Source: Lama guanicoe
Taxonomy: Eukaryota
NCBI GenBank assembly: GCA_013239625.1
Contig: MU054391.1
Location: 7,349,095 to 7,413,094, forward strand
DNA: 64,000 bases
Direction: 5' to 3'
The position numbers and the translations under genes are program-made. Shown here piece by piece: positions 51,702 to 64,000 of this stretch (positions within the stretch are counted from its first letter, which is position 1; every line of letters starts with the position of its first letter). The notes under the pieces are model-generated. The model worked only from the letters and a program-made list of their open reading frames with translations. It had not been told where the DNA came from and made no database searches.

Positions 51702-51860
51702 CTTCTCTGATTTTGCCGCAGGCCAGCCTTGCACGCTGAAGGCTGTTGAGATGCAGCCTGATCAGTATAACTCCGTCTTATTGCAGAAGCAGTCATTCAG
51801 CTTTGAGATCCAGGGCGGGTCTCATTGTCTTTTGTTGCTGTCTTACTGGTTTCTTTGCGC
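51702..51860 (-). other. Candidate 159-nt minus-strand exon, not open in any frame
   Basis: Minus-strand acceptor 'ctttaacaaccttctcttacag|G' and donor 'AAG|gtgagc'; stop codons in all three frames. Confidence 0.4.
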
Positions 51861-54114
51861 CTGTAAGAGAAGGTTGTTAAAGCCTGTCTTATATAAAAAC
51901 ACGTATGTTGTGGTGTGCAGGGCATGGCGTTTGGAGACACATTGGCGTTTTGGTCCAATAATGGGTTTGGCCACTTTCTGGCAGTTTCACCTTCATCCCC
52001 ACTGTCCCTGTCCCAGGGCCAAGTTCAAACCCTGGTTGCTCTTTTCCTGAATTTGTACCTGGTCTCCTTGCCTCTGGTCTCTTCCTCTCTGATTTAGTTA
52101 GTCCTTGCTGCTGAAAAACCAACCCATCCAGCCCACATATTCTGTCATTTCACTGCCTTGCTTAAATTTTTTTTAATGATTCCTCATCAGTTTAAAAAAT
52201 GAAGCTTGAAGGGCCAGCAGAAGGCCCTATGTGGTCTGGTACAGGCCTCCTTTTCCAAGCAGCCCCTCCCACCTTGCCCTCTGCTGTATCAGGTGCTGTG
52301 CGGGTCCCCAGGAAGTGCTTTATGCCTTTGTGCTGTATTGGCTTCCTGAGGATTTAGCCTTAAAACTTCCCTAACTTTCCAGTACCCTTCTTCTTGCTCC
52401 CCACTTCGGTTTTATTATTCCTCTTTGGTTTTCTATTGTACCTTGCGCAGATCTCCCCCGTGGTCAGTCTTAGCCCTTGCTGCAGTGCAGTGTGTTTGCT
52501 GGAGTGCCTTGCTCCTGCAGAGGTCCTGAGCTCTTGGATGGACAGACGGCAGCGTGCACCCTCTAGGTGAAAGAACTGGATGCAGAGTTGGGCACAGGGC
52601 TGTCATTCAGACAGGATTGATTAAATAAGGGACATTACTTAAACCTAAACCTGACATCTCTGACTTGTAAAATAAAAATGATAACACCCATCTCATGGAG
52701 CAGTTGTGAAGATAAAATTTTTAAAAAAATGTGAAAAAGAACTTTTCAGCTCTAAAGGTCAGTAAGCATGCTAGCTGTTACTGTGGTGTTAATGTAGGTC
52801 TTGGGAATAAACTTTGTCTTTATTTAATGGGCATGTAAGACTCTGCAGATTCTCCTCCAAGTCCAGAATTAGACTTAGTCTAAGGGTTCCTGTAATATAC
52901 AGTGTTTTATGTAATTATTAAAATTTCTACCTGCCTGTTAGGCCCACACTGCCTTTTAATTATCTTAGCTTTAGGGGGAAAAAAAAGAGATACATTAAAA
53001 AATGAAAGCTTCCTAACAGCTTGTTAGAGCATTATTTGTTCACAACTACTAGCAAATGTATTTTGCTGAATGCTTCACATCCAGTTTTTAAAGACTGAAC
53101 TGCAGCTAGTAATCATTTCATAAATATTAATGGGGAACATGCAAGTGGAAAGTTAAATTAAAATGCTACCAAATGGCTAGCAGGCAGCAGAAAATGAGCA
53201 GGAATTTCTAATCAGTGGAATGCATGGTTGTATAACTTTTATCCTCCCATTAGAGTATAAAACAGAAGTTGATTTTTCTCCCACTTAAAATCAGTTCATG
53301 TTGAAGGGAAAACGCAGATCAGCTCAATTACTGAAAGATTCTAGGAGCAGCTATTCTTTATGTGATATCTCCCTTCCCTGGTCTTGGCTGAATGCAGATG
53401 GCTGAGCACACAGACTAACTGAGGGCTTCTCCTCGGGGTGCTTGGCAAGACTTCACAAGATTTGGGGCAAGGAGAGGACAAGCAGTATTTTACATTCATT
53501 CACCATCAGCTTATCACTTTTAACTTCTGGAGTTTTTATGAATCTATATTCCAACCAGCCTGTTGAAAATATGACTGGAATCCAGGAGCCAGAGTCGGTG
53601 GGTAGCCCTGCGTCCCCCTGAATCCTGCAGACCGCTTAGTGACCCTGAGAATAAACCCAGGACTGGTGCGTTGCAGGCAGCCACTTACTATTGGCTTCCT
53701 TCCTTCCTTCCTGAGAGAGGGTAGGGCTGGGCGGTACTAATGTACCTACAAACTGAAGCTTCCACTGTATGAAGGGAAAACTGAGGCCCAAAGAGGTAAA
53801 GTGGCTTGCAGATCTGGAACTCCTGCCTCTATAAACTTTAAGTTACATTCTCCCCTTTTTTTCAGATGTCAATTTGCTTAGCGCAGAAAGCGAATTCTTC
53901 AGTGGCAGTAGTAAAACATTTTTAAATGATGTAATAGCTATTTATACACCCAAACCACCTACATAAATGTCCCTACAAAACAACCCTTCAAATAGTCACC
54001 AAACCCCTGCTGTATTAGAGCATGGGGCATCCAAAAGTGTGAAGCACAGACCCTGCCTTCAGTCTGTCTTGGGAATAAATAAGTAAAGGATAGCAGTGTT
54101 TGCTAGTCACTTCT

Positions 54115-55257
54115 TTTTTTTCCAGTTTTTAAGTGTCTATTCTTTTTTTAAAATCTATTTTAATTTTTATTGAAATATAGTTAGTCTACAATGTTGCGTC
54201 CATTTCTGGTGTACAGCATAATGTTTCAGACATACATATACATACATGTACTTGTTTTCATATTCTTTTTCATTATAGGTTACTACAAGATATTGAATAT
54301 AGTGCCCTGTGCTATTCAGAGGAAACTTGTTGTTTATCTATTTTATATTTAGTAGCAAATCTTACTCTCCCAATTTGTCCCCTCCCACCCGCTTTAACTC
54401 CCTGGTAACTATAAGTTTGTTTTCTATGTCTGTGAGTCTCTTTCTGTTTTGTAAAGAAGTTCATTTATGTCTTTTTTCTTTTTTAAATTTCACTTCTGAG
54501 TGAAATCATACGGTATTTTTCTTTCCCTTTCTGGCTTACTTCACTTAGAATGACGATCTCCAGGTCCACCCATGTTGCTGCAAATGGCGTTATGTTGTCG
54601 GTTTTTATGGCTGAGTAGTACTCCATTGTATAAATATACCACATCTTCTTTATCCAGTCATCTGTTGATGGACATTTAAGTTGTTTCCATGTCTTGGTAA
54701 ATAGTGCTGCTATGAACATTGGGGTGCATGTATCTTTTTGAATTAGAGTTCCCTCTGGATATATGCCCAGAAGTTGGATTGTTGGATCATATAGTAAGTC
54801 TATTTTTAGTTTTTTTTTTAGGAATCTCCATACTGTTTTCCATAATGACTGCACCAAACTACATTGCCACCAGCAATGTAGGAGGGTTCCCTTTTCTCCA
54901 CACCCTCTCCAGCATTCATCATTTGTGGACTTTTGAATGATGGCCACTCTGAATGGTGTGAGGTGATACCTCGTGGTTTTGATTTGCATTTCTCTGATAA
55001 TTAGCGATATTGACCATTTCTTCATGTGTCATTGGCCATTTGTATGTCTTCATTGGAGAATTGTTTAGGTCTTCTGCCCATTTTTGGATTGAGTTGTTTG
55101 CTTTATTTTGTTACTGAATTGTATGAGCTGTTTATATATTCTGGAAATTAAGCCCTAGTCAGCCTCATTATTCACAAATATTTTCTCCTATTCCATAGAT
55201 TGTTTTGCTTATGGTTTCCTTTGCTGTGCAAAAGCTTACAAGATTAATTAGGTCCCA
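54115..55257 (-). mobile_element. Young 5'-truncated L1 (ORF2 C-terminus plus 3' UTR), 8-bp TSD
   Basis: ORF 54483-55025 reads [51 protein letters not shown] tcacttct at 54107-54114 and 55258-55265. Confidence 0.97.
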
Positions 55258-56854
55258 TCACTTCTGATTTTATTTTTTAGTGTTTTTTGCAGTCAGGAAA
55301 GTATTTCTTTATATTATCATAATGACAACCCTCTAGGGTAGATTTTATTAACCCATTTTACAGATGAGAAAATTATGGTTTTAATAAATTTAGCCAACAT
55401 ACATTCTAGTAAGTATCAGAGCTGGTGGCGTGGGGTACAGGGGCAAGACTGTCTGATTCTCCCTCCTATTCTTGTGCCCATTATATTCCAACTTGGAAAA
55501 GAGTCAGTAAGACTGGAATGGAAAAACAGTATCTCAGATGACTTGTCCCATGGAGGCAGCCCAAGAGACTGGACTAAATTTCTTCTCCTGATTTTCCCGA
55601 CTGTCAACAGCTTCAGAGTCTGTCCTTCCTACCCGCAGCTCTGTGAATCATCTTCATTAAAGGCAAACACTCTCTGAGCAGCTGTACACTTATACTTTGA
55701 ATTTTAACACTCAACTGAGCAGAGACTGGACGTCATCTTCTGTGCCGGATACAAGCCCTTTGTGTGTGATGAATGCCTGAAAGCTACAATTCAGTATGAA
55801 AATCCACCGTTTCCGCACATCAGGAGATGGTGGGATCAAAACTATGTTCAGGGCTGATGAATGAAATGTGTTATTAGAGATAATTCTTCCCAAAGCAGTG
55901 GTAATTATCTCAGCATTAACATTTCTAATTTAATTCAGCCCTGATTAAACTTTGTCTTTCAGAAGGAGGAAGTCAAAAGTGTGAAACACAGGCTGGAGGA
56001 AAAGGTTCTAACAAATGTTGGTTATCAGTCAGGAAGAAGCTCTCTTATACGTAACGCTGAATTATGCACACTTCCTAATGCACACCAGGTGATACCCGGA
56101 GAGTAGCTCCATCTTGCATACTTGTAACTCCAACATCCTTCCAAGAGGAGGATTTAAAGGATGTTAATATTGATTTTAAATATGACGTGACTTTGGCCCT
56201 TGGCCCTCTGGGCTGGGCTTATTATTACCAGGCACATTTCTTCTTCCCTCTGTCCTTTGAAATTGGAAATGTCTGGTTACCTGCCCTTCTCCCTCACTAG
56301 TCAGAGCCCCTCAAGGACAGGGACAATGATGTAATTACCTTTATAGCCTCTGCATCAAGCATAATGCTTGGCACAGAGTAGAAACCCAATACATGTTTGA
56401 CAAACAAAATGACCAAAGGGCTGATCAACCTGAATCGCTTCTATTTTCATTTACCCGCATCCCTGTCTCAATCTTTTATGCTCCCAGATAATTTATTCGT
56501 TTCTTGTCATGAGAGCAAATTGCTTTAGCAAAGCACTTGGGGTTGGGTGGAACGGAGGTTAAGGAAAAGAAAAAACTAACCGTCTGAGAATAATAAAATG
56601 CAACCTTACATCTCCTGAATTTCAGAATGAAAGGTGGGGTTTCAGATCCTATTTCCCATGTGAAATTCTTGGCTTGCTTTTGCTAACAGTCAAGCTGAAA
56701 AAAGGAAATTTTTCACAAAAGAGGTATTTTTCTTCTTGGCCTGGAAAATCAATTTCGATGTTAATCTTGCTCCTTGGAATGTCCTCCCCCCGCTTTTCCA
56801 CCTAGCAAAATACTCTTCATCTTTTATAGACCAGCTCAAATGTCAGCCCTTCAA

Positions 56855-57090
56855 GTAATAATAATCATAGCTAATATCTGAAGAGTATTAACTCGGGGAC
56901 CGGCTGGGCTAAGTGTTTTACAGAAATTATGTCACTTGCTGTTCACAAATCTCCATCAAATCAGGACTGTTATTTATCATAAATTTACAGATGAGGATGC
57001 AAAAGCCCATAGAGGTGACGTAATTGCCTGAGCTCAAACAGTAAGTGGTTCATAGATTTGAACGCGGAAGGGTTGATGCAGCTGGGCTTT
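56855..57090 (-). mobile_element. MIR SINE
   Basis: 'tttacagatgagg...agaggtgacgtaattgcctgagctcaaacagtaagtgg'. Confidence 0.85.
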
Positions 57091-58600
57091 AACTGTGAGG
57101 ACACACTGGCTCCCTCTGGGACCTTCTGTGATGCTCTCCAGACAGAAGCAGTTTTTTCCTTTATTAAGACCCAGCACCTGCCCTGGCCAATTCTTAGGTG
57201 ACCACCACATCCTCTTAACTCTTCTCCACAGCTCCAAGGTCAGCACTTGTAATAACACCTTAAGCACCAATGCCAAGTCAGTGAATCTTCTGGAAGTGAT
57301 CTCCACTTCTGTCATTCCTTTGCACTTTGAATGCCCCAGTCTTTGGTCACTGCCCCTAGTTCCTGCTGTTCCACTCTGCCTCGTCTCTGCTGACCCAGCA
57401 TCTTACTCATCATCTGTTTTTGCTTTCCTTCACATGGTTCTGCATCAGGAAAGGACTATACCATTTTGGGTCCTCTCTGCCTAACAGAGTATCCAGCAGG
57501 GAACACAAATTTCAGCATTGTGTTAGAAAGAGCGATGAGTATATTTTATTTTTATCAGTTCTTTGGATGTCATCCTTTCGATAGAGTATGTTCATGCAGT
57601 CCACCGCAGCCCTGATCCAGCACGGCAGGGAATTTGAGCTCACGAAAGCACTGAAAGTGTAGTCCCCCTGCTCAACCCTAACTTTCTAACAAATGTTGCT
57701 TATTGATCCAGAAAGGTGTTGCAGGTTAGTCTTCCTTTTCTCAAATCACTTTCCATTCTTAAAAGAATCCCTTTGTATATGATCACACAATTGATATATT
57801 TGAGGTTCTCAAAATAAATGCATCAGCATATAAATCACATCCAACCAAAATGCCCCCCAGGATACCATACCTGAGGGCTTGGAAAGCTAAAGCAAGAGGG
57901 GAATCATTTTGAGTTCTGTTTGGCTATTTCCACTGAAGAAGAGCGTTAAGCATCCCCGAAGTTAGTGTAAATTCTTACCATATTGAGAATTAAGTGGATA
58001 AAATGGTACTCTTCTCAATAAAGGTAAACTTACATCTTGCACAATTGCCTGTACAGGTATTTTTCTCCCTATTTCAGATATATCATAGACGCTGACCTTC
58101 TTTCTCTTTACATACTGTTGTCATGGAAGATAGTCCCAAGGAACCATGAAATAACGGTTAAGAAGACGGATAATCACTTGGCAGCTGTGTGACTTACTCA
58201 AACTCCCCATGCTTCAGTGTTTTCATCAGAAAAGTGGGGTTAGTAATAAAAGTAATTATTTGATTGCGTTGTCGTAAAGATTAAATGGTTTAATATCTGT
58301 AATGTCTCATCATAACTCCCAAAACACATTAGTCATTATTATTACTTAATGGAGGTAGCATTGATTTAGGAGGAAGAAGACTCAAGTCTTATCTCTGCTA
58401 AGCAGCCAAGTGGCCTCGAGTAGATCGCTTGATCTCGCTAGACCTAAAGAGCCCTCAACAGTGTGGTCCAGGTTCATGTCATGCTCTTCTCTCCATCACA
58501 CTTGGTTTTCCAGCAACTCAGGTTGTTTAGAGTCTATCACTGTTGCCCCGAGTCACAAGTCTACTCTTCCTCTCACTTCCACCATTCTTACAGCACGTGG

Positions 58601-58634
58601 GTGCACGCATGCGCACGCACGCACGCACACACAC
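58601..58634 (+). repeat. Alternating purine-pyrimidine (GCAC)n/(CA)n tract
   Basis: Directly visible; Z-DNA-compatible. Confidence 0.85.
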
Positions 58635-59554
58635 AAGGTGCTCCCTCTCCACTAGCCTTTGCTCATCCTGTCCACTTTGGACTGCCATCACCTGGCTAAC
58701 TCCTTTGCTTAAAAGGCACTTCTCAGAAGGGCTTGCTGACTCGCTGAGTCTGACTATAAGCCCTTCCTTGGTGGTCACGTCACACACAGCCTGGCATTGT
58801 CACAGCCTGTTTTAACATCTGAATCTTTCACAAGATGAGGAGCTACCTGGGGAACAGCTTGTATCTTACGAAGACATCTGATGTCTGGCACATCCTGAGC
58901 GCACAGTAGGAGCTTCATGAATGGTTGTTGAAACACTGACTTCAGGAAGGAGCCTTAGTTACCTCATCTCTCAAAGAAAATAGTGGGAAGACATTGGGAT
59001 TCTTGAGCTGGGGTGTGGGAGTGGGGACAACAGCTCATGAAAATAACCTATTGGGCTTTTAGTTCTGTACATGCCTCCCACCAGCCCTTGAGAAACACAG
59101 GCCTAAATTCTCAATTCCACCTTGATATCCATGAAGGTCATAGGAGGCAGGGGGAGGGAGAAAGAGGTTGGTGAAATGTTCCCCACATTTCTGAAAGCCT
59201 GATGGAATTGCTACACTTCCCCATGAAGAATCTAGTCACACTTAGTCAGGTTCATGTGTTTTTGTCTTTAAATGAAATCTTATTATTTCAAGATGGTCAT
59301 AACTTGCTTTTCATGTTGATCAGATGTTTGGATGGTAGTTTTCTCTCTGATTGTTACAGAATGATAATAAAAAATTACTTATTATTTTACACGTGGACTT
59401 TTACAGGTAGGCAAATGTATTTGAAAAATGACAAAGAATGAGAGCAATTCAGTAAAGAATCCACTTGGGACTTAAGAGGAGGGGACACCTGCAGAAGAAG
59501 ATGGCAGCTACCTCGTTCTTCTCCTAGGTTTTCTGGAAGCTGGGTGTTCTATTT

Positions 59555-60425
59555 TTTTGTTTTGTTTTATTTTTAAACACCTTTATTGTGGTATAGTTCC
59601 TGTTCAGTAAACTACACATATTTTAGATGCACAATTTGATGAATTTTGATAGCTGTATACACCCATGAAACCACCACCACAATCAAGATAGCTCATTTCC
59701 ATCACTCCCCAAGAGGTGCAAATCTCAAACTTCCAATTTACCCCTTCCCACCCCCTTTAACCCCTGGTAAGCATAAGTTTGTTCTCTATGTCTGCGAGTC
59801 TGTTTCTGTTGTATAAATAAGATCATTTGTGTCCTTTTTTTTAGATTCTATATATAAGCAATATATGGCATTTTTCTTTCTCTTTCTGGCTTACTTCACT
59901 TAGAATGATTATCTCCAGCTTCATCCATGTTGCTGCAAATGGCATGATTTTATTCTTTTTTCATGGCTGAGAAGTATTCCATTGAATATATATACCACAT
60001 CTTCTTTATCCAGTCATCTGTAAATGAACATTTGGGTTGTTTCCATGTCTTGGCTGTTGTAAATAGTGCTCCTGTGAACATTGGGGTGCATGTATCTTTT
60101 TGAATTATATTTTTCTCTGGGTATATACCCAGAAGTGGGATTGCTGGATCATACAGTAAGTCTACTTTTAATTTTTAAGGAATCTCCATACTGTCCTCCA
60201 CAATGGCTGCACCAATTTATATTTCCACCAGCAGTGTAGGAGGGTTCCTTTTTCTCCACACCCTCTCCAGCATTTATCATTTGTAGACTTTTTAAAGATG
60301 GCAGTTCCAACTGGTGTGAGGTGATATCTCATCGTAGTTTTGATTTGCATTTCTCTAACAATTAATGATGTTGAGCATCTTTTCATATGCTTATTGGCCA
60401 TCTGTATGTCTTCTTTGAAGAGATG
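59555..60425 (-). mobile_element. Composite L1: old L1M 3' end (about 59555-59715) joined to a young L1 body (about 59717-60425)
   Basis: ORF 60168-60401 [30 protein letters not shown]...[16 protein letters not shown]; the body aligns by eye with the 54.4-55.0 kb copy. Confidence 0.9.
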
Positions 60426-60437
60426 TGTACTATTGAA

Positions 60438-60849
60438 GTACTATTTTGATAGACCTTCCACAATGAACTACCATAAACTGAGTGTTTTAAACAACATATT
60501 CAGTGCCTGACGGTTTTGGAGGATGGAAGTCTAAAGTCAAGGTGTCACCTGGGTTGGTTCCTTCTGAGGGCTCTGAGGAAAGGCTCTGTTCCAGACCTCT
60601 CTCTTTGACTTTAAGATGGGTTTTCTTCCTATGTTTTTTCACATCCGCTTCTCTCCATGATTGTCTGTGTGTAAATTTCCCTTTTATATGATCACCAGTC
60701 ATGCTGGATTAGGACCCACCCTAATGAGCTCACTTTAACTTGAATCCCTCTGTAAAGACCCAGCCTCCAAATCAGGTCACATTCTAGTGTCTTGGGGGTT
60801 AAGACTTCACCCTATGAGTTTTTGAAGGGGCACAAGTCAACCCATAACC
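60438..60849 (-). mobile_element. MaLR solo LTR, MLT1B-like
   Basis: 'gggttggttccttctgagggctctgagg...ggattaggacccaccctaatga...caagtcaacccataac'. Confidence 0.88.
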
Positions 60850-63114
60850 CTTGGGGACCACCCAGACCTGGGGTCTTGTGGCCTCTGGCATGGTGTTGGT
60901 ATTTCCATTATTCACGACACACCCCCAACCCCAACTTCATTCCTTATGAATTTACAGAGAGGCACATGGATAACATTTCCTGAATCCTAACTTCCTCTTT
61001 TGCTGCTGCAAAGCTGTTATTCTCTTTGGTTTCTCCTTTCATCAACCTGGCTGCCAACCAATGTCTAAAAAAAAAAAAAATCCTCATGCTGCAAGATAAG
61101 TTCCTGCCTCGGGTTGATGTGGCTTTATTGATATTCCAGCATGGTTTGCTCCACGATTTATGCTCTGCAGTTTGTGAACCACAGACCCAAGGGGAAAAGA
61201 GATAGCGAAAGAGGGGATTTTTCGATCACTTTATATGCAGTAAGTGAATCTCAATTTCCTGCCATGTTATTTCAGTCCTTAAATATCCTTTTCACTGCCT
61301 GGACGCTGGAAATTACAAAAGGTCTACATTCTCCAGGATGAAATGCGAGTCCTGAAAGATCTCTAATCAGAGCGACCTCTTACTACCGCGAAAGGACCTG
61401 TGGACATGTGCACCCTTCTCATGTGGGGGAAGGGGAGGGCGCCTGTGCTGGGATCTGGGAGGGTAAGAGCAGCTGCAGGTCTGTAAGGAGCTGATTGTTC
61501 CTGTACCTCGAGGGTAGGAGCCACACCACAGTCTGCGTCCTCACTTCCCGCCGCGTACGGGCAAACTGAAACACACCGTGAAAGCATTGAGGATGGTTAT
61601 TTAGAATGTTGATCTCTGCTCAGGACAGGACTTTTAAAACAACGCAAACCATGGCAGGGTTAGTGAGCGCTGTGGACCAAAATTCAGAATAGGAGAAATG
61701 ATAGAATGGCCGAGCTGGGGGAGAACTTAGAGATTACTTCAAAGACCCACGCCACTGATTTTGAATATGTATTGATTTCACAATAAAACACAAACCAGGC
61801 CATTATTTGTAATGAATAAAATGAAACGTTCTATTTCTGGTGAAGTGTAGAAATCGTCGTAGGTAGTTTGCACAAACAGAGGGGAAGACAGAGAGGAAAA
61901 AGGATGGGGTGGGGGAGATGTTGGTGGTGGGGGGGTGAGGATGGTGGGAGTTTCCACACTGTGGTCTCCGCATACACGGAGGACCAACGCATTTACATAC
62001 ATGCTTCCCAGTGGCTTGATTTGTAAAAAGCGCTCGCAAGGAAGAAAATGTGAAGTTGCTGAAAAGTTCTGCTCCAGGAGCTGCAGGCAGTTTCTTTCCA
62101 GGCCTGAGGCTGCACAGGAACACAGATTAGCATCAGTGGCCACTGCAGATGTGCGGCTCTTCAGTGCACCATTTGCCTGACTCTTATTCCTCCAAGGCCG
62201 GGTTGGGGGACTCATCAACTAGATCCTTTGGTCCTGTTGTAAAGAGCCCGAGGTCGGGAATCTGAGGTCCAGGTTCAATTTGCCTTGTCCACGCTGAGCA
62301 GGCTACTGAAGTACCCAAGGCCAGCACTGGGACTCAGGTCTCTTTGGCCCCAGCCTGGGGTCAGGTTCCCCAGGCCCTTTGCCTTTCTTCCCAGCAGGAT
62401 CACAGATTTTTTGGATCAGCTCGTCATCACTTGGCGGGATTATTCCCAGGGCAATCCCTTCTGTTCCTGGCTTTCTCCCTTCACGATTATTTATCCAGTA
62501 CCCATTGGGTGGCAGCACTGTGCACTCCTAATGGTGGTCCACGCTGTGAGTTTCGATCTGGTCTGCTGTGTTCCACTTAAATCTGCCAAATCCCTTGAAT
62601 CAAACTCTTCAGTGATTTCTTGACCTAAAAATTAAAACCTAAGTTCCTCGGTAGGACAAGGTCTATAGGCCCTTGACCCTGTGGCTGCTGAGGGGAATGT
62701 GGGTGAGGACAGGGCTGGGGGATGAGGCTGGAGTAAGGCCGACCAGGGCAGATGACGGAGGACCACATGCGCCTCATTAAGGAACATGGACTTGTGAGCA
62801 AATAAGCATCTGGATGAGAAGAGTCGGACCAGTCATCTCTCAATGCCACATCCACTCTACGTTCTGCCGTTTGCTCCATGTCATAAGCCTAGTGTCCCTC
62901 TTCTCAGCACCACTGCCTTGGCTGCATTATTATAAAATTCCTGCTTTTCACAAGCATCAGTTGAGTTGCTCTATCCCCAGAACTGTCATGGGTTGGAAAA
63001 CACCAAAGGGATGTATGACACGGCTCTTATCTTCTAGAATTGGACAACCGGAGAGGTTACAAGAGCTGCCACTGTTGCTTTTCAGAGTTATTTATTCAGC
63101 ACATGCTGATTGGT

Positions 63115-63360
63115 TGCTGTAGGTTATAATCATGTGGCCATGGATTTTGAAATCAGACAGCAGGGATTCAGATCCTGACTATGTGACTAACCGTGTGACA
63201 TTAGACAAGTCCCTTAAAGCCCCATGTTCTCATTTATAACACGGGCACAGTAATTATGCCCCAGCATTGTGAGAATTAGAAGAGGCAATGGCCTTGAAGT
63301 GCACAGGGAGTGCGAGACCCACGTAGCACTCGGGAGGGGTCGTCAGGCAATATTCTGTTA
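63115..63360 (+). mobile_element. MIR SINE
   Basis: 'aatcagacagcagggattcagatcctgact...gtgtgacattagacaagtccctta'. Confidence 0.85.
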
Positions 63361-63399
63361 GGGTGTGTGGCGCGGGAGACATGCCAGCATGCCAGGTAG

Positions 63400-63830
63400 A
63401 CGAGCTTCGCAGCATCAAGGGCTGACAAATGATAAACAAGGGACTAAGTGGAGTGATGACTATGGAAATTCACACTGCAGGAGAAAGGCACACGCTCTGA
63501 CGGACAGGGCACGTTCTACTTTCGAAAGATCGTCTGAGGGAGGGCTTTCTGGAAAGGTGACGTTTAACCTTAGACTATGAAGAGAGTCAGCATTGGAAGC
63601 ACCAGAGAGAGAGAGACTGGCTCAGCAAGCAGGAAAGCCTTTGCAGTGGTGCAGAGCGTGGCATGTTCTAGAAACTAATAGCAGGCCAGTGTGCTTGGGG
63701 AGCAGAGCGGTGGGGTGGCAGGCGGTGAAGCTGCAGGGGATGCAGGGACCAGTTGTGCTGCACCTTGCTGGCCCTAGTCAGGAGTTTAGACGTCACTCCA
63801 AGTGTAAGGGACAAATCAGCCAAGTGACAC
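63400..63830 (-). mobile_element. L2 fragment
   Basis: 'agggagggctttctggaaaggtgacgtttaacctta...ggccctagtcaggagtttagacgtcactccaagtg'. Confidence 0.75.
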
Positions 63831-64000
63831 GATGCGGTTTTCATGGCTTTGCCTAATCCATACAAAATGGTTGAGCTGATGTCTTCCAGGCTCTCTGAAC
63901 CAAGTAGTGGATGTGCGGGTTCAAAAGGCAGAGAACAAAAACGACAAGCCCAGGCAGAAAACTGGGATGCCCTCTTCTCCACTTGTAGGGGTAGCATAGG

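Noticed and set aside
53850..53930. Strong acceptor followed by ATG
   Set aside because: The frame closes after 19 codons and no good donor follows.
54483..55025. 180-aa ORF as a host gene
   Set aside because: It is the C-terminus of L1 ORF2p in a 5'-truncated copy.
62903..62922. REST/RE1-like 'tcagcaccac' (also 26584-26603)
   Set aside because: Only one half-site matches, or the spacing is wrong.
1..64000. CRISPR arrays, operons, rRNA or other prokaryotic systems
   Set aside because: The sequence is mammalian, repeat-rich and non-coding; I saw no spaced direct-repeat array, and the remaining short ORFs are consistent with chance.

Overview
Mammalian non-coding DNA, almost certainly camelid: three tRNA-derived Vic-type SINEs and several young L1 3' ends are present. 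It is a repeat-dense intronic or intergenic stretch dominated by MIR, L2, L1, MaLR/ERV LTRs and hAT MITEs. I recognise no protein-coding host gene. The only ORFs with clear protein similarity are L1 ORF2 C-terminal fragments (54483-55025, 60168-60401). Repeat families were assigned by eye from remembered consensus sequences, so subfamily names and edges are approximate. Best leads: (1) a two-part locally templated insertion at 35709-35787; (2) an L1 fragment at 15012-15153 whose differences from sister copies are all A/T to G/C, suggesting GC-biased gene conversion; (3) a heavily decayed retroviral integrase remnant at about 84-740 (minus strand); (4) a MER41-like solo LTR with a perfect STAT GAS site; (5) a MER53 hairpin with a 19/21 match to miR-1302; (6) several isolated candidate exons. 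I found no convincing novel coding system.
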